Source: a virus (Duplodnaviria; Caudoviricetes). From it: 53,319 bases of DNA. Below the pieces are notes generated by a model. That model was given only the letters and a program-made list of their open reading frames with translations, did not search any database and was not told where the DNA came from. Position 1 is the first letter of the stretch. Every line of letters begins with the position of its first letter. The translations under genes and the position numbers were made by a program. This document shows, in pieces, positions 18,158 to 26,850 of this stretch. The stretch spans positions 1 to 53,319 of IMG/VR virus record IMGVR_UViG_3300049795_000015; one strand, 5' to 3'.

Positions 18158-19786
18158 ATGAAAAAGATCGCCAAAACCTCGCCGCTGAAGCCTTCCGTCA
18201 ACGGCGGGTACGACGGTGCGTCGCGCACGTCGCGTGAACTCGCCGCGTGGTCGCCGATCATTCGCTCGGCGGATCAAGACATCAACTGGGATAAACCGCA
18301 GATCGACGCCCGTGCGATCGACATGACGCGCAATGAGGGCTACGCCCTCGGCGCAGTCAACATCCACAAGGATTCGATCGTCGGCGGGCAGTACGTTCTC
18401 AATGCATTACCCGACTGGGAAACGCTCGGCGCGACCGAAGCCTGGGCGGAAGAGTTTCAGAAAGTCGTCGAGACGAAGTTCGGCCTGTGGGGCGAGTCTG
18501 CGCAAAACTGGCCGGACGCGTCTCGCATCAATACGTTCACGTCGCTCGTCCGCTTGGCGGTCGGCATCCATACCGTCTGTGGCGAAGTGCTTGCGACGGC
18601 CGAGTGGATCACGGCTCCCGGTCGTGCGTTTAAGACGGCCGTCCAAATGGTCGACGTGGCCCGCCTCTCGAACCCATACGACCAGGCAGACCACGACGAC
18701 ATGCGCCGAGGCGTGCGCAAAGACAGTTACGGGGCGCCCCTTTCGTACTTCATCCGCACCACGTTTCCAAATCAGATTTACGCAGGCGGAAACTACGCGC
18801 AGAATCCGTTCGTGTGGAAAGAAGTGCCAATTCGCAAACCGTGGGGCAGGCTCCAAGTCGTTCACATCTATGAGCAAATGCGCCCGGACCAATCCCGTGG
18901 CGTCAGCGACATGGTTGCGGTGCTCAAGGAAATGCGGATGACGAAAACGTTCCGCGACATCACGTTGCAGAACGCCGTGTTGCAAGCAACGTACGCGGCA
19001 TCGATCGAGTCGGACCTGCCGGCCGATATGATATGGGAGCAAATGGGTGTCGGCGCGGACGACGGTCAACTCAACACGTACCTGAATCAACTCGCGGCGT
19101 ATGCGGGCGGGGCCAAGGGCTTGGCGATCGACGGCGTGAAAATTCCGCACCTGTTTCCCGGTACGAAGATGAAACTGCAACCGGCCGGCACTCCGGGCGG
19201 TGTGGGCACAGGGTTCGAGGAAAGTCTGCAACGGCATATCGCGGCAGCGCTCGGTCTGTCCTACGAAGAGTTCAGTCGCGACTACACCAAGACCAACTAC
19301 TCTTCGGCGCGCGCCTCCATGCTCAACACGTGGAAGTCGATGCAGTCGAAGAAGAAGAACGTGGCCGACCGCTTCGCCAATGCGATCTATGATCTGTGGC
19401 TCGAAGAGTTCATCAACTCGGGCGAGTGCCCTATGCCGGCCGGCAAAACCGCTTCGCACTTCTACGAAGGCTTGAACAAAGAAGCCTACACGAATTGCGA
19501 TTGGATCGGCGCGTCTCGCGGGCAGATCGACGAACTGAAGGAAACGCAAGCGGCCGTGTTGCGCATCCAGAATAACCTGTCGACTTACGAAGACGAGATT
19601 TCGAGAGGCGGCAAGGATTTCCGCCGTGTGTTCGCGCAACGCAAACGCGAGAACAAGATCATGCAGGAAGACGACCTGGTCAACGTGGCCGCGACGACTG
19701 CCGTACCCGGACAAAAGCCAAACGGCCAACAGGATTTAGCCACTGCGAACGACGGTCAAGCGTCCGCTTCGCACGACGGCCTCTAG
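18158..19786 (+). CDS. Portal protein, lambda family
   Basis: YDGASR, RPDQSRG, SRDYTKTNYSSARAS, IDELKE. Confidence 0.95.
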   Translation: MKKIAKTSPLKPSVNGGYDGASRTSRELAAWSPIIRSADQDINWDKPQIDARAIDMTRNEGYALGAVNIHKDSIVGGQYVLNALPDWETLGATEAWAEEFQKVVETKFGLWGESAQNWPDASRINTFTSLVRLAVGIHTVCGEVLATAEWITAPGRAFKTAVQMVDVARLSNPYDQADHDDMRRGVRKDSYGAPLSYFIRTTFPNQIYAGGNYAQNPFVWKEVPIRKPWGRLQVVHIYEQMRPDQSRGVSDMVAVLKEMRMTKTFRDITLQNAVLQATYAASIESDLPADMIWEQMGVGADDGQLNTYLNQLAAYAGGAKGLAIDGVKIPHLFPGTKMKLQPAGTPGGVGTGFEESLQRHIAAALGLSYEEFSRDYTKTNYSSARASMLNTWKSMQSKKKNVADRFANAIYDLWLEEFINSGECPMPAGKTASHFYEGLNKEAYTNCDWIGASRGQIDELKETQAAVLRIQNNLSTYEDEISRGGKDFRRVFAQRKRENKIMQEDDLVNVAATTAVPGQKPNGQQDLATANDGQASASHDGL

Positions 19787-19796
19787 GAGAAAAGAA

Positions 19797-21113
19797 GTGA
19801 ATCCAATTTACGGCCTGATCGGACGACTGAGCACCGTTCCTGCGTTACTAGCAGCACAGGGCGCGGGATCGTTGCAGGCGTCGCTTCGCTACGCTCTCGC
19901 GCATTCGGACATGAAGGCCGAGACCAAAAAGCACCTGGCGAACGTGGCGATGTCTTACGGCGCGGACTACTACGACGAGAGCGACGCAGACTGTCCGTAC
20001 GCGATCTACCGAGGTATCGCGATCATTCCGATTCAGGGCACCCTGGTTAATCGTTGCGGATGGGCGTGTTCATGGGTCACGGGGTATGACTACGTGCAGA
20101 TGGCGGTGCTCGACGCGATGCAGAATCCGCAGGTAAAGGCGATCGCCTTCGACGTGGATAGTTGCGGCGGCGAGGCGCAAGGATGCTTCGAGACCGCCGA
20201 CCTTATCAAGTCCATGCGCGGCAAGAAACCGATGACTTCGTTCGTCAATGCGAACGCACTGTCAGGCGGCTACATGTTGGCGTGCGCTGCCGACAAGATT
20301 GTGCTGACGCCAACGGGTAATACCGGCTCGATCGGCGTCGTCATCATGCACGTCGACTACTCGAAAATGCTGCAGGAAGAAGGTATCGCGATCACCTTTA
20401 TCTACGCAGGCGACCATAAGAAAGACGGTAATCCATACGAGGCATTGCCGCCTGAAGTGAAAGCGAACCTGCAGGCACAGGTAGATCGGTTTTACGAAAT
20501 GTTCACGTCTACGGTTGCGAGCAACCTCGGACTGACGGTTGAAGCAGTCAAGGCGACACAGGCGCAAGTGTACGACGCGTCAGAATCCTTGAGTCTCGGC
20601 CTTATTCACGCAGTTGAAGCGGCACCTTCCGCCTTGGCTGCTTTTTGTAACGAGCTTTCCGGCTCATCATCTTCGGAGATTACTATGGGTACGAAAGAAA
20701 ACGCCGCTGAAGCTACGGCAGAAAGCGCTACTACGGTTGCTGTCGCAGCAGTCACAGCACCGGCCGTCGCGGCTCCGGCAGCAGTAGCTGCTACGACTGT
20801 CGACGCTGCCGGCGCTGAACGTGCTCGCATTCAAGGCATCACTGGCAGCGAAGAAGCGAAGGACCGTACGGCCCTCGCGAACCATCTCGCGTTCAACACC
20901 ACAATGGGCGTCGACGAAGCCAAAGCACTGATGGCCGTCGCCCCTCTCGCCGCAAAGAACGACGGCAATGCGTTTGCGGCGGCGATGAACGGAACGGAAA
21001 ATCCGAAAGTTGGCGCGGACGACCAAGCGTCGGCGGCAGGGCAAAGCGCCGTCGCCGTTGACGCGAGTCGCATTTTGTCGGCGCATTCGATGGCGACCGG
21101 CGTCAAGCATTAA
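19797..21113 (+). CDS. S49 head maturation protease with C-terminal scaffold
   Basis: DVDSCGG, SGGY, TGSIGV, GDHKKDGNPYE; Ala-rich scaffold tail ERARIQGI. Confidence 0.92.
   Translation: MNPIYGLIGRLSTVPALLAAQGAGSLQASLRYALAHSDMKAETKKHLANVAMSYGADYYDESDADCPYAIYRGIAIIPIQGTLVNRCGWACSWVTGYDYVQMAVLDAMQNPQVKAIAFDVDSCGGEAQGCFETADLIKSMRGKKPMTSFVNANALSGGYMLACAADKIVLTPTGNTGSIGVVIMHVDYSKMLQEEGIAITFIYAGDHKKDGNPYEALPPEVKANLQAQVDRFYEMFTSTVASNLGLTVEAVKATQAQVYDASESLSLGLIHAVEAAPSALAAFCNELSGSSSSEITMGTKENAAEATAESATTVAVAAVTAPAVAAPAAVAATTVDAAGAERARIQGITGSEEAKDRTALANHLAFNTTMGVDEAKALMAVAPLAAKNDGNAFAAAMNGTENPKVGADDQASAAGQSAVAVDASRILSAHSMATGVKH
20685..21113 (+). CDS. Nested scaffolding protein (Nu3-like internal start)
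   Basis: In-frame ATG preceded by GGAG at the protease/scaffold boundary. Confidence 0.65.
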   Translation: MGTKENAAEATAESATTVAVAAVTAPAVAAPAAVAATTVDAAGAERARIQGITGSEEAKDRTALANHLAFNTTMGVDEAKALMAVAPLAAKNDGNAFAAAMNGTENPKVGADDQASAAGQSAVAVDASRILSAHSMATGVKH

Positions 21114-21180
21114 GAAATAAAAGGTAGCAAGCAACGTTGTTGCATGCAACAATTACGTCAATGAAATTTAGGAGAACAAA

Positions 21181-21858
21181 ATGAATTTTCTCGCATCTTC
21201 TTCGGTTCCGAGCGACACCTACACGCCGGAACAACTGCTGACCGGCGACGGCGTTCGCACCATGCCGAAAGTCTTCAAGTCCGGCAATAACGTTCTGCGT
21301 CTGACCGTCTTGGCCGCGATGTTCGTCGCCACTGCGGTGTCGTCGGTCAAAGCCTCGGGTGCGAACACCGGCAACGGCACGCTCACCGTGGACGCTACCG
21401 CTCCGGTTACGACCGCAGCACAACCCGGCGTCTACACCGTGCGTTGCGTCACGGCCGCAACTGACGCAGGCACCTTGCGCGTCTATGACCCGAGCGGAAA
21501 CGAAATCGGCGAAGTGGCCGTTGGCGCGACGTTCAGCGCGGAAATCAAATTCGCCACGGCGGACGGCTCGACCGACTTTATCGTTGGCGACGGTTTCGAC
21601 ATCGCGGTCTACGGCACGCACAAGATGGTGCCTTGCGTTCGCACTGCGACCAACGGTTCGCAGATCGCATGCGCAATCGCAGTGGAAGATACCGACGCGA
21701 CCAGCGCCGATGTCACCGGCCCGATCTACGTTGACGGCGAATTCGCAATGCAAGGCTTGGTGTGGGACGCGTCCTTCACGACGGCAGCGCAGAAACTCGA
21801 CGCCTTCCCAGTCGGGTCGTCCATCGTCATCAAGCAACTGGGGTACTCTGGCGGCTAA
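21181..21858 (+). CDS. Head decoration protein (gpD-like) with inserted domain
   Basis: Lies between protease and MCP; ..DATSADV..IY..GEF; central ~95-aa GANTGNGT insert. Confidence 0.8.
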   Translation: MNFLASSSVPSDTYTPEQLLTGDGVRTMPKVFKSGNNVLRLTVLAAMFVATAVSSVKASGANTGNGTLTVDATAPVTTAAQPGVYTVRCVTAATDAGTLRVYDPSGNEIGEVAVGATFSAEIKFATADGSTDFIVGDGFDIAVYGTHKMVPCVRTATNGSQIACAIAVEDTDATSADVTGPIYVDGEFAMQGLVWDASFTTAAQKLDAFPVGSSIVIKQLGYSGG

Positions 21859-21925
21859 TAGCTGACAGTTCGAATCACACGAGTTGTAACTATTAACAGC
21901 AATAAGACTTTAAGGAGTACCTAGC

Positions 21926-22957
21926 ATGTCCATCAACGTCTACGACACCCATACCCTCCTGGGCGTCATCTACAAACTGCCTCCGGTAAAAACGTTCTGG
22001 CTCGACCTCGCCTTTCCGCGAGTCCAGACGTTCGACACGGAGTTTATCGATTTCGACGTAGTATCGCGTGGCCGTCGCCTCGCGCCGTTCGTCGCGCCGA
22101 CTGCACAAGGCAAGCCAATGCTGCAGGAAGGCTTCAACACGAAACGTTTTAAGCCGGCGTATGTGAAGCCGAAGGACTCCGTGGACCCACGTCGCGTGTT
22201 CAAGCGCATGCCGGGTGAAGGCTTCATGGGCACTATGTCGCCGCAACAGCGCCGTGACGCAATCGTCGCGGATATCCTGACGCAGCACATGGATATGCAC
22301 AAACGCCGGCAGGAGTGGATGGCGGCGCAAGCGATCATCGGCGATTCGGTAACTGTCGCAGGCGATAACTACCCGACGACCGTCATTTCGTTCGGTCGTA
22401 CTGCGAACCACACCGTCACCCTCACGGGCGGCGCATGCTGGGGTCAGTCGGGCGTCAGCATCACGAACTTGCTCGAAACATGGATGTCGCGTATCCAGTT
22501 GGATTCGGGTTACGCACCGACCATGTTGGTGCTCGGCGTCGACGCATGGAACGTGTTCCGTCTTGACGCAGGTGTCATCGCGCAACTCAACACCCTGGCT
22601 CGCGGATCGGTCGGCAATTTGCAAACCGGCCTTGGCGACGGCGAACTCGTGCAGTACAAAGGCACCCTGGGCGCATCGCTTCAGGTGTGGGTCTACAACG
22701 ACATCTACGAGGATGACAGCGGCGTGAATCAGCCGATGATGGACCCGAAGAAAATCGTTCTGCTAAACCCGGCAGGCGTCGAAGGCGTGCGTTGTTTCGG
22801 CGCCATCCTGGACGCGCAAGCCGGTTACATGGCGACCGACGTATGGCCGAAGAACTTTTTCCAGGATGACCCTTCGGCAGAGTTCGTCATGACGCAAAGC
22901 GCCCCTCTTATGGTGCCGAGCCGTCCTGACGCCGTACTCTGCGCCTCGGTCGTCTAA
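21926..22957 (+). CDS. Major capsid protein (gpE family)
   Basis: LAPFVAP, FKPAYVKPK, EWMAAQA, TQSAPL. Confidence 0.95.
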   Translation: MSINVYDTHTLLGVIYKLPPVKTFWLDLAFPRVQTFDTEFIDFDVVSRGRRLAPFVAPTAQGKPMLQEGFNTKRFKPAYVKPKDSVDPRRVFKRMPGEGFMGTMSPQQRRDAIVADILTQHMDMHKRRQEWMAAQAIIGDSVTVAGDNYPTTVISFGRTANHTVTLTGGACWGQSGVSITNLLETWMSRIQLDSGYAPTMLVLGVDAWNVFRLDAGVIAQLNTLARGSVGNLQTGLGDGELVQYKGTLGASLQVWVYNDIYEDDSGVNQPMMDPKKIVLLNPAGVEGVRCFGAILDAQAGYMATDVWPKNFFQDDPSAEFVMTQSAPLMVPSRPDAVLCASVV

Positions 22958-22978
22958 GGCATTTCACGCAGCACGACT

Positions 22979-23011
22979 ATCCGTCAGGCGGGAAACCCCT
23001 GACGGATTTTT
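22979..23011 (+). terminator. Rho-independent terminator
   Basis: ATCCGTCAGG...CCTGACGGAT plus T-run after MCP. Confidence 0.8.
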
Positions 23012-23032
23012 AAAACCACAGGAGAACCTAAC

Positions 23033-23275
23033 ATGAATCGTTTAATCGCAATCGGGGAAGTCCATCTCGACGTTAGCGTCATCGTCGCTCCCGGCGAGCC
23101 GTTCGAGGCCGCAAGCCAGCGTCAAGAGGCGTACATGATCGCCAACGGTATCGCCCACTTGGAAGACGCGACCGAAACGCCGGAAGTGAAATCGGCAGAA
23201 GCGGCAATGCAAAAGAACATCGCCGCAGGCAAGAGCAAAGCACGCGGCAAGAAATCTGATATCGACCTGGACTAA
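23033..23275 (+). CDS. Small virion/head-associated protein
   Basis: AGGAGA RBS; position after MCP. Confidence 0.7.
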   Translation: MNRLIAIGEVHLDVSVIVAPGEPFEAASQRQEAYMIANGIAHLEDATETPEVKSAEAAMQKNIAAGKSKARGKKSDIDLD

Positions 23276-23280
23276 GCACC

Positions 23281-23616
23281 GTGGGCAACTGGACTGAAAT
23301 TCGCGCAGCGGCACGTTCGATCGTCCAAGAGACGTTCGGCGTACCTGCGCAATACACCCCACCGGGGATAGGCGCAGTTCCGGTTGCCGTGACAGTTCGG
23401 TTCCGCAGCAAGAATTTGCAGTTCGGCGACTTGATCCGCGAAGGCTACGCGAAGGTCGTCGAAGACATCAATCAAATCGTGCTTCAGAAAAGCGAAGTGT
23501 CGACGACGCGTTTAGGCGTTGTCACTCTCGCGAACGGTGCGCGATACAAGTTAGACCTTCGGGTGCCGGACGACGGCAGCGACTTTGCAACGTGGGACGT
23601 GGAGCAATTAACATGA
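23281..23616 (+). CDS. Head-tail joining protein (gpFII-like)
   Basis: Position; W..IR..AR..V.ETFGVPA.Y. Confidence 0.7.
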   Translation: MGNWTEIRAAARSIVQETFGVPAQYTPPGIGAVPVAVTVRFRSKNLQFGDLIREGYAKVVEDINQIVLQKSEVSTTRLGVVTLANGARYKLDLRVPDDGSDFATWDVEQLT

Positions 23617-24236
23617 GCGTCAACGTCAAATTGCGCGGCTTGGAAGACCTCGAAAAGTATTTCGAAGGGTTCCCTGCGGCCAGTCGTGAGGCAGCGAAAC
23701 TCGCGGTGAATGACGCGGCGCGTTACGGTGCTCGACGCGGCAGCGAAGCGATTCGTCGCGAGGTCGCGTTCTCCCGTACCTACATCGGCGATGCGAGCAA
23801 CGCAAGCGCCCGCCTGCGCATCACGCGCGTGGCGCAAGGCGGCGACATGGAAGCGGTCATCGGCGCACGGTCGGAGCCTACGTCGCTTGCGCGCTTCGCG
23901 TCCGGCACGCCGACCTTCGGGCGTCGCGCTCGCGGCCCTCGCGTCAAGGTGAAAACAAGCGGCCCCTCGAAGACGATCAAGGGCGGCTTTTTCATGAAGC
24001 TGAAACGCGGCGATGGTTCGGGCGACGGCTTCAACATCGGTCTCGCGATCCGGCTTAAGCCGGGTGAGCGCGTGCGCAACAAGGCGCAAATGAAATCGAT
24101 CGGGAAGGGACTATACCTTCTCTACGGCCCAAGTGTCGATCAAGTATTCAGCACCGTGCGCGAGGAAATCGCTGACGACATCGCAAGTCACATGCAGATC
24201 GAGTTTCTGCGGCAGTTCACGAGGTTGACAGCATGA
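23613..24236 (+). CDS. Neck/minor tail protein (gpZ-like)
   Basis: Basic protein; AVNDAAR, TSLARF, LYGPSVDQVF. Confidence 0.8.
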   Translation: MSVNVKLRGLEDLEKYFEGFPAASREAAKLAVNDAARYGARRGSEAIRREVAFSRTYIGDASNASARLRITRVAQGGDMEAVIGARSEPTSLARFASGTPTFGRRARGPRVKVKTSGPSKTIKGGFFMKLKRGDGSGDGFNIGLAIRLKPGERVRNKAQMKSIGKGLYLLYGPSVDQVFSTVREEIADDIASHMQIEFLRQFTRLTA

Positions 24237-24763
24237 CCACCGACTATCCTAAACGTCTCATGGCGTTACGTGCATTGACGGCGCAGCTAGAAACGGTCAC
24301 GCCGGCAAACGGTTACGTCAATGACCTATCGCCGGTTAGCGCGGAGGTGCCGCGCGTGTATCGCGGCAGAGCGCTATTCGGTGACGACGATCCACTGCCT
24401 TGCGTTTCGATCCTGGAAGCGTTGCACCCAGACGTACAACCGGATGAAGCCGACGCCGGCCTACGTCGAAAGGACAAATGGATACTGCTTGTCCAAGGGT
24501 GGGCGTTGAAAGAAGAGAACGAAGTGCACCCGACAGATGCGGCGCACATCCTCATGGCCGACGTGGTGCAAGCCCTCGGTCGCGTATTGCATGACGAAGT
24601 ACCGCAAGCGAACTACATGCTCGGCGGCGCAATTGAAGGCATGGCGATCGAACCAGGGGTCGTTCGACCTCCTGACGAAACGTCGTCCCGCAGCTTTTTC
24701 TACCTACGCGTCATAGTAGAAATTGCAGAACGTCTCGACGATCCGTACGGGGTCATTGAGTAA
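24233..24763 (+). CDS. Tail terminator protein
   Basis: TVTPANGY..DL, VYRGR..FG; precedes the tail tube gene. Confidence 0.75.
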   Translation: MTTDYPKRLMALRALTAQLETVTPANGYVNDLSPVSAEVPRVYRGRALFGDDDPLPCVSILEALHPDVQPDEADAGLRRKDKWILLVQGWALKEENEVHPTDAAHILMADVVQALGRVLHDEVPQANYMLGGAIEGMAIEPGVVRPPDETSSRSFFYLRVIVEIAERLDDPYGVIE

Positions 24764-24787
24764 TTTAACTTGTAAAGCGAGGAAACC

Positions 24788-25741
24788 ATGAACAACTACA
24801 CCCTTGGCCGAGGCAAACTGTACTTCGACAAATTCGCTAGTTCGTCTAGCGTTGTCTTGACCGGCGAGCGCTACTTCGGCAACACCCCGTCATTTGGCAT
24901 CTCGGTCGCGTCGACTGCGCTCGATCATTTCGACGCGGACAACGGCATCAAAGTCAAAGACGATTCCGTCACCCTGGAACTGAACCGCACAGGTACGTTC
25001 GTGACCGACAACATCGAGCCGAACAACGTTTCGCTGTTCCTGCTTGGTGTCGCGGGCACCCAGGTGCAGGCAGCAGCGTCAGGCCAAACGTACGCGATCC
25101 CCGGCGCCCTCCAGGATCGTTACTACCAAGTCGGCGCGAGTTCGTCGAACCCTTCCGGCGTGCGCGACATCACAACCGTCGTCGTCACTGCGCCGGACGG
25201 AGCGCCCGCAGCACGCGCCAACACGACCGCCTACTTGGTCGGGGCCTTCTATGTTCCGGCCATCGCCAACGCGCACTACTACAAGTGCACCATTGCGGGT
25301 ACTTCGGCCGGCGCTCCGCCGACCTTCAAGACAGACGGCACCACGTTTGCAGACGGCACGGCAACGTTCATCGATATGGGCCTTATCATCAAGGCGCTGA
25401 CGACGGACTACACCGTTGATACCGACATGGGCCGCATCTACATCGTGACAGGCGGCGGCATCTCGGCGGGAGAACCGCTGTCGGTGTCTTACTCAACGCT
25501 CGCCAAGAGCCGTTCGCAGATCATCACAGCGTCGACCTCGACGATCGACGGTGCTCTGCGATTCATCGCAACGAACCCGAAGGGCATCCAGACGGACTAC
25601 TACATGCCTAAGGTCCGCTTGTCGCCGAACGGTGAGTTCCAGCTTAAGGGCGACGCGTGGCAACAACTGAGTTTCAACCTTGAAATCCTGAAACTCAGCG
25701 ACACCGTGGAAGCCGTCTACGCAGACGGTCGGCCGTACTAA
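24788..25741 (+). CDS. Major tail tube protein with inserted surface domain
   Basis: NYTLGRGKLYF, ERYFGNTP, LSPNGEFQLKGD.WQQL. Confidence 0.85.
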   Translation: MNNYTLGRGKLYFDKFASSSSVVLTGERYFGNTPSFGISVASTALDHFDADNGIKVKDDSVTLELNRTGTFVTDNIEPNNVSLFLLGVAGTQVQAAASGQTYAIPGALQDRYYQVGASSSNPSGVRDITTVVVTAPDGAPAARANTTAYLVGAFYVPAIANAHYYKCTIAGTSAGAPPTFKTDGTTFADGTATFIDMGLIIKALTTDYTVDTDMGRIYIVTGGGISAGEPLSVSYSTLAKSRSQIITASTSTIDGALRFIATNPKGIQTDYYMPKVRLSPNGEFQLKGDAWQQLSFNLEILKLSDTVEAVYADGRPY

Positions 25742-25755
25742 GCGTAACAGGCAAC

Positions 25756-25780
25756 GACAGGCCCTCCGGGGCTTGTCTTT
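25756..25780 (+). terminator. Probable terminator hairpin
   Basis: GACAGGCCC-TCCG-GGGCTTGTC followed by TTT. Confidence 0.55.
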
Positions 25781-25801
25781 CACCTCAATAGGAGAAAAGT
25801 A

Positions 25802-26071
25802 ATGTCATATTCGTTCAGCGCTCGTGCCGCGAGCAAAGCCGCCGTCATCGAAGTTGTGCGCGCCAAGCTTGCCGAGGTAGTCGCGCAACAGCCGGTACAT
25901 GCGGCGGATCAAGCACAGGCGCAAGCAGCTTCGGAAGTTTTCATCAACATGCTCGTAGACGACGACACACGCGACGTGTTCATATCGGTCAACGGGTCGG
26001 TTTGGCAAACGCCGGAAGGACTGCAGAGCACCGGATTCGGGATTAACGCGTCGCTTCAGGCGCGTATCTAA
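25802..26071 (+). CDS. Hypothetical protein inserted in the tail operon
   Basis: AGGAGA RBS, 89 aa, hairpins on both sides. Confidence 0.75.
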   Translation: MSYSFSARAASKAAVIEVVRAKLAEVVAQQPVHAADQAQAQAASEVFINMLVDDDTRDVFISVNGSVWQTPEGLQSTGFGINASLQARI

Positions 26072-26116
26072 AACAGCGGACCCTTCGGGGTCTTTCCGCA
26101 CAACAAGGGGAACCAT

Positions 26117-26572
26117 ATGTCCTTATCTCAGGTAGTAATCGAAACACGTAACATCAAATTCAAGGGCGGCGAATTCTCGCTGTCCGGCCTCACCTTTAAC
26201 GAACTGACCGGCATCTTGTTACGAGACGGCGATGAGGTCAGCGCGGCTTACAAACTATTCGAGAAACACGCAGGACCGAACGTCGAGAACGGCGAGGAAG
26301 GCATGCAGAAATTCGGCCTGGCGCTCGTCAATCTCTTGCCGGACCTGACCGCGAAACTTATCGCCGCATCGTGCGGCGAGCCGGAAGCATGGGCGGTCGC
26401 CCGGAAACTCCCGGCGCCGATTCAAACTGAAGCGCTCGTCGCGATCGCGCAACTCACTTTCGAGGAACCCGCCGCCGTAAAAAAGTTCATCGAGAACTTG
26501 ATCCTGGCAGCGAAGGCGAGTTCGGACACAATGGCAGCAGTAGAGACGCTGATCCCGAACGCCCTTGGATAA
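26117..26572 (+). CDS. Tail assembly chaperone (gpG-like)
   Basis: Upstream of tape measure; carries slippery A-AAA-AAG. Confidence 0.85.
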   Translation: MSLSQVVIETRNIKFKGGEFSLSGLTFNELTGILLRDGDEVSAAYKLFEKHAGPNVENGEEGMQKFGLALVNLLPDLTAKLIAASCGEPEAWAVARKLPAPIQTEALVAIAQLTFEEPAAVKKFIENLILAAKASSDTMAAVETLIPNALG

Positions 26573-26850
26573 GGCTGTACAACGTATGCCGGGGTGAAGT
26601 AAGCCTCCTGGTCTCGCAGGGGCACCCGGAAGCAAGGCACTACCCGTTGTGTGTTTTGCATCGTGAAGCGCAGATAGCAACGCAAAGATCGAATCAGCAG
26701 GTTGTAACCGATGGCGTTATGATTCAGCACGCTATCGGTTCGATCTTCGGAGGAAAGGACGGCGGCAAGCTGTTCCGTGATCTACTTAAAAGGTTGAGCG
26801 ACGATGGCAACGACACGCAAGGAAGTCGAGTTACGGATAACGGCGAATGA
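26117..26850 (+). CDS. Tail assembly chaperone gpGT, -1 frameshift at 26479-26485
   Basis: In-frame A AAA AAG; the -1 frame stays open through SLLVSQGHPEARHYPL into ORF 26647-26850. Confidence 0.8.

Noticed and set aside
18407-19729. 440-aa antisense ORF in the portal gene, and similar ones in TMP, terL and MCP
   Set aside because: Shadow ORFs expected from GC-rich codon bias; no recognisable motifs.
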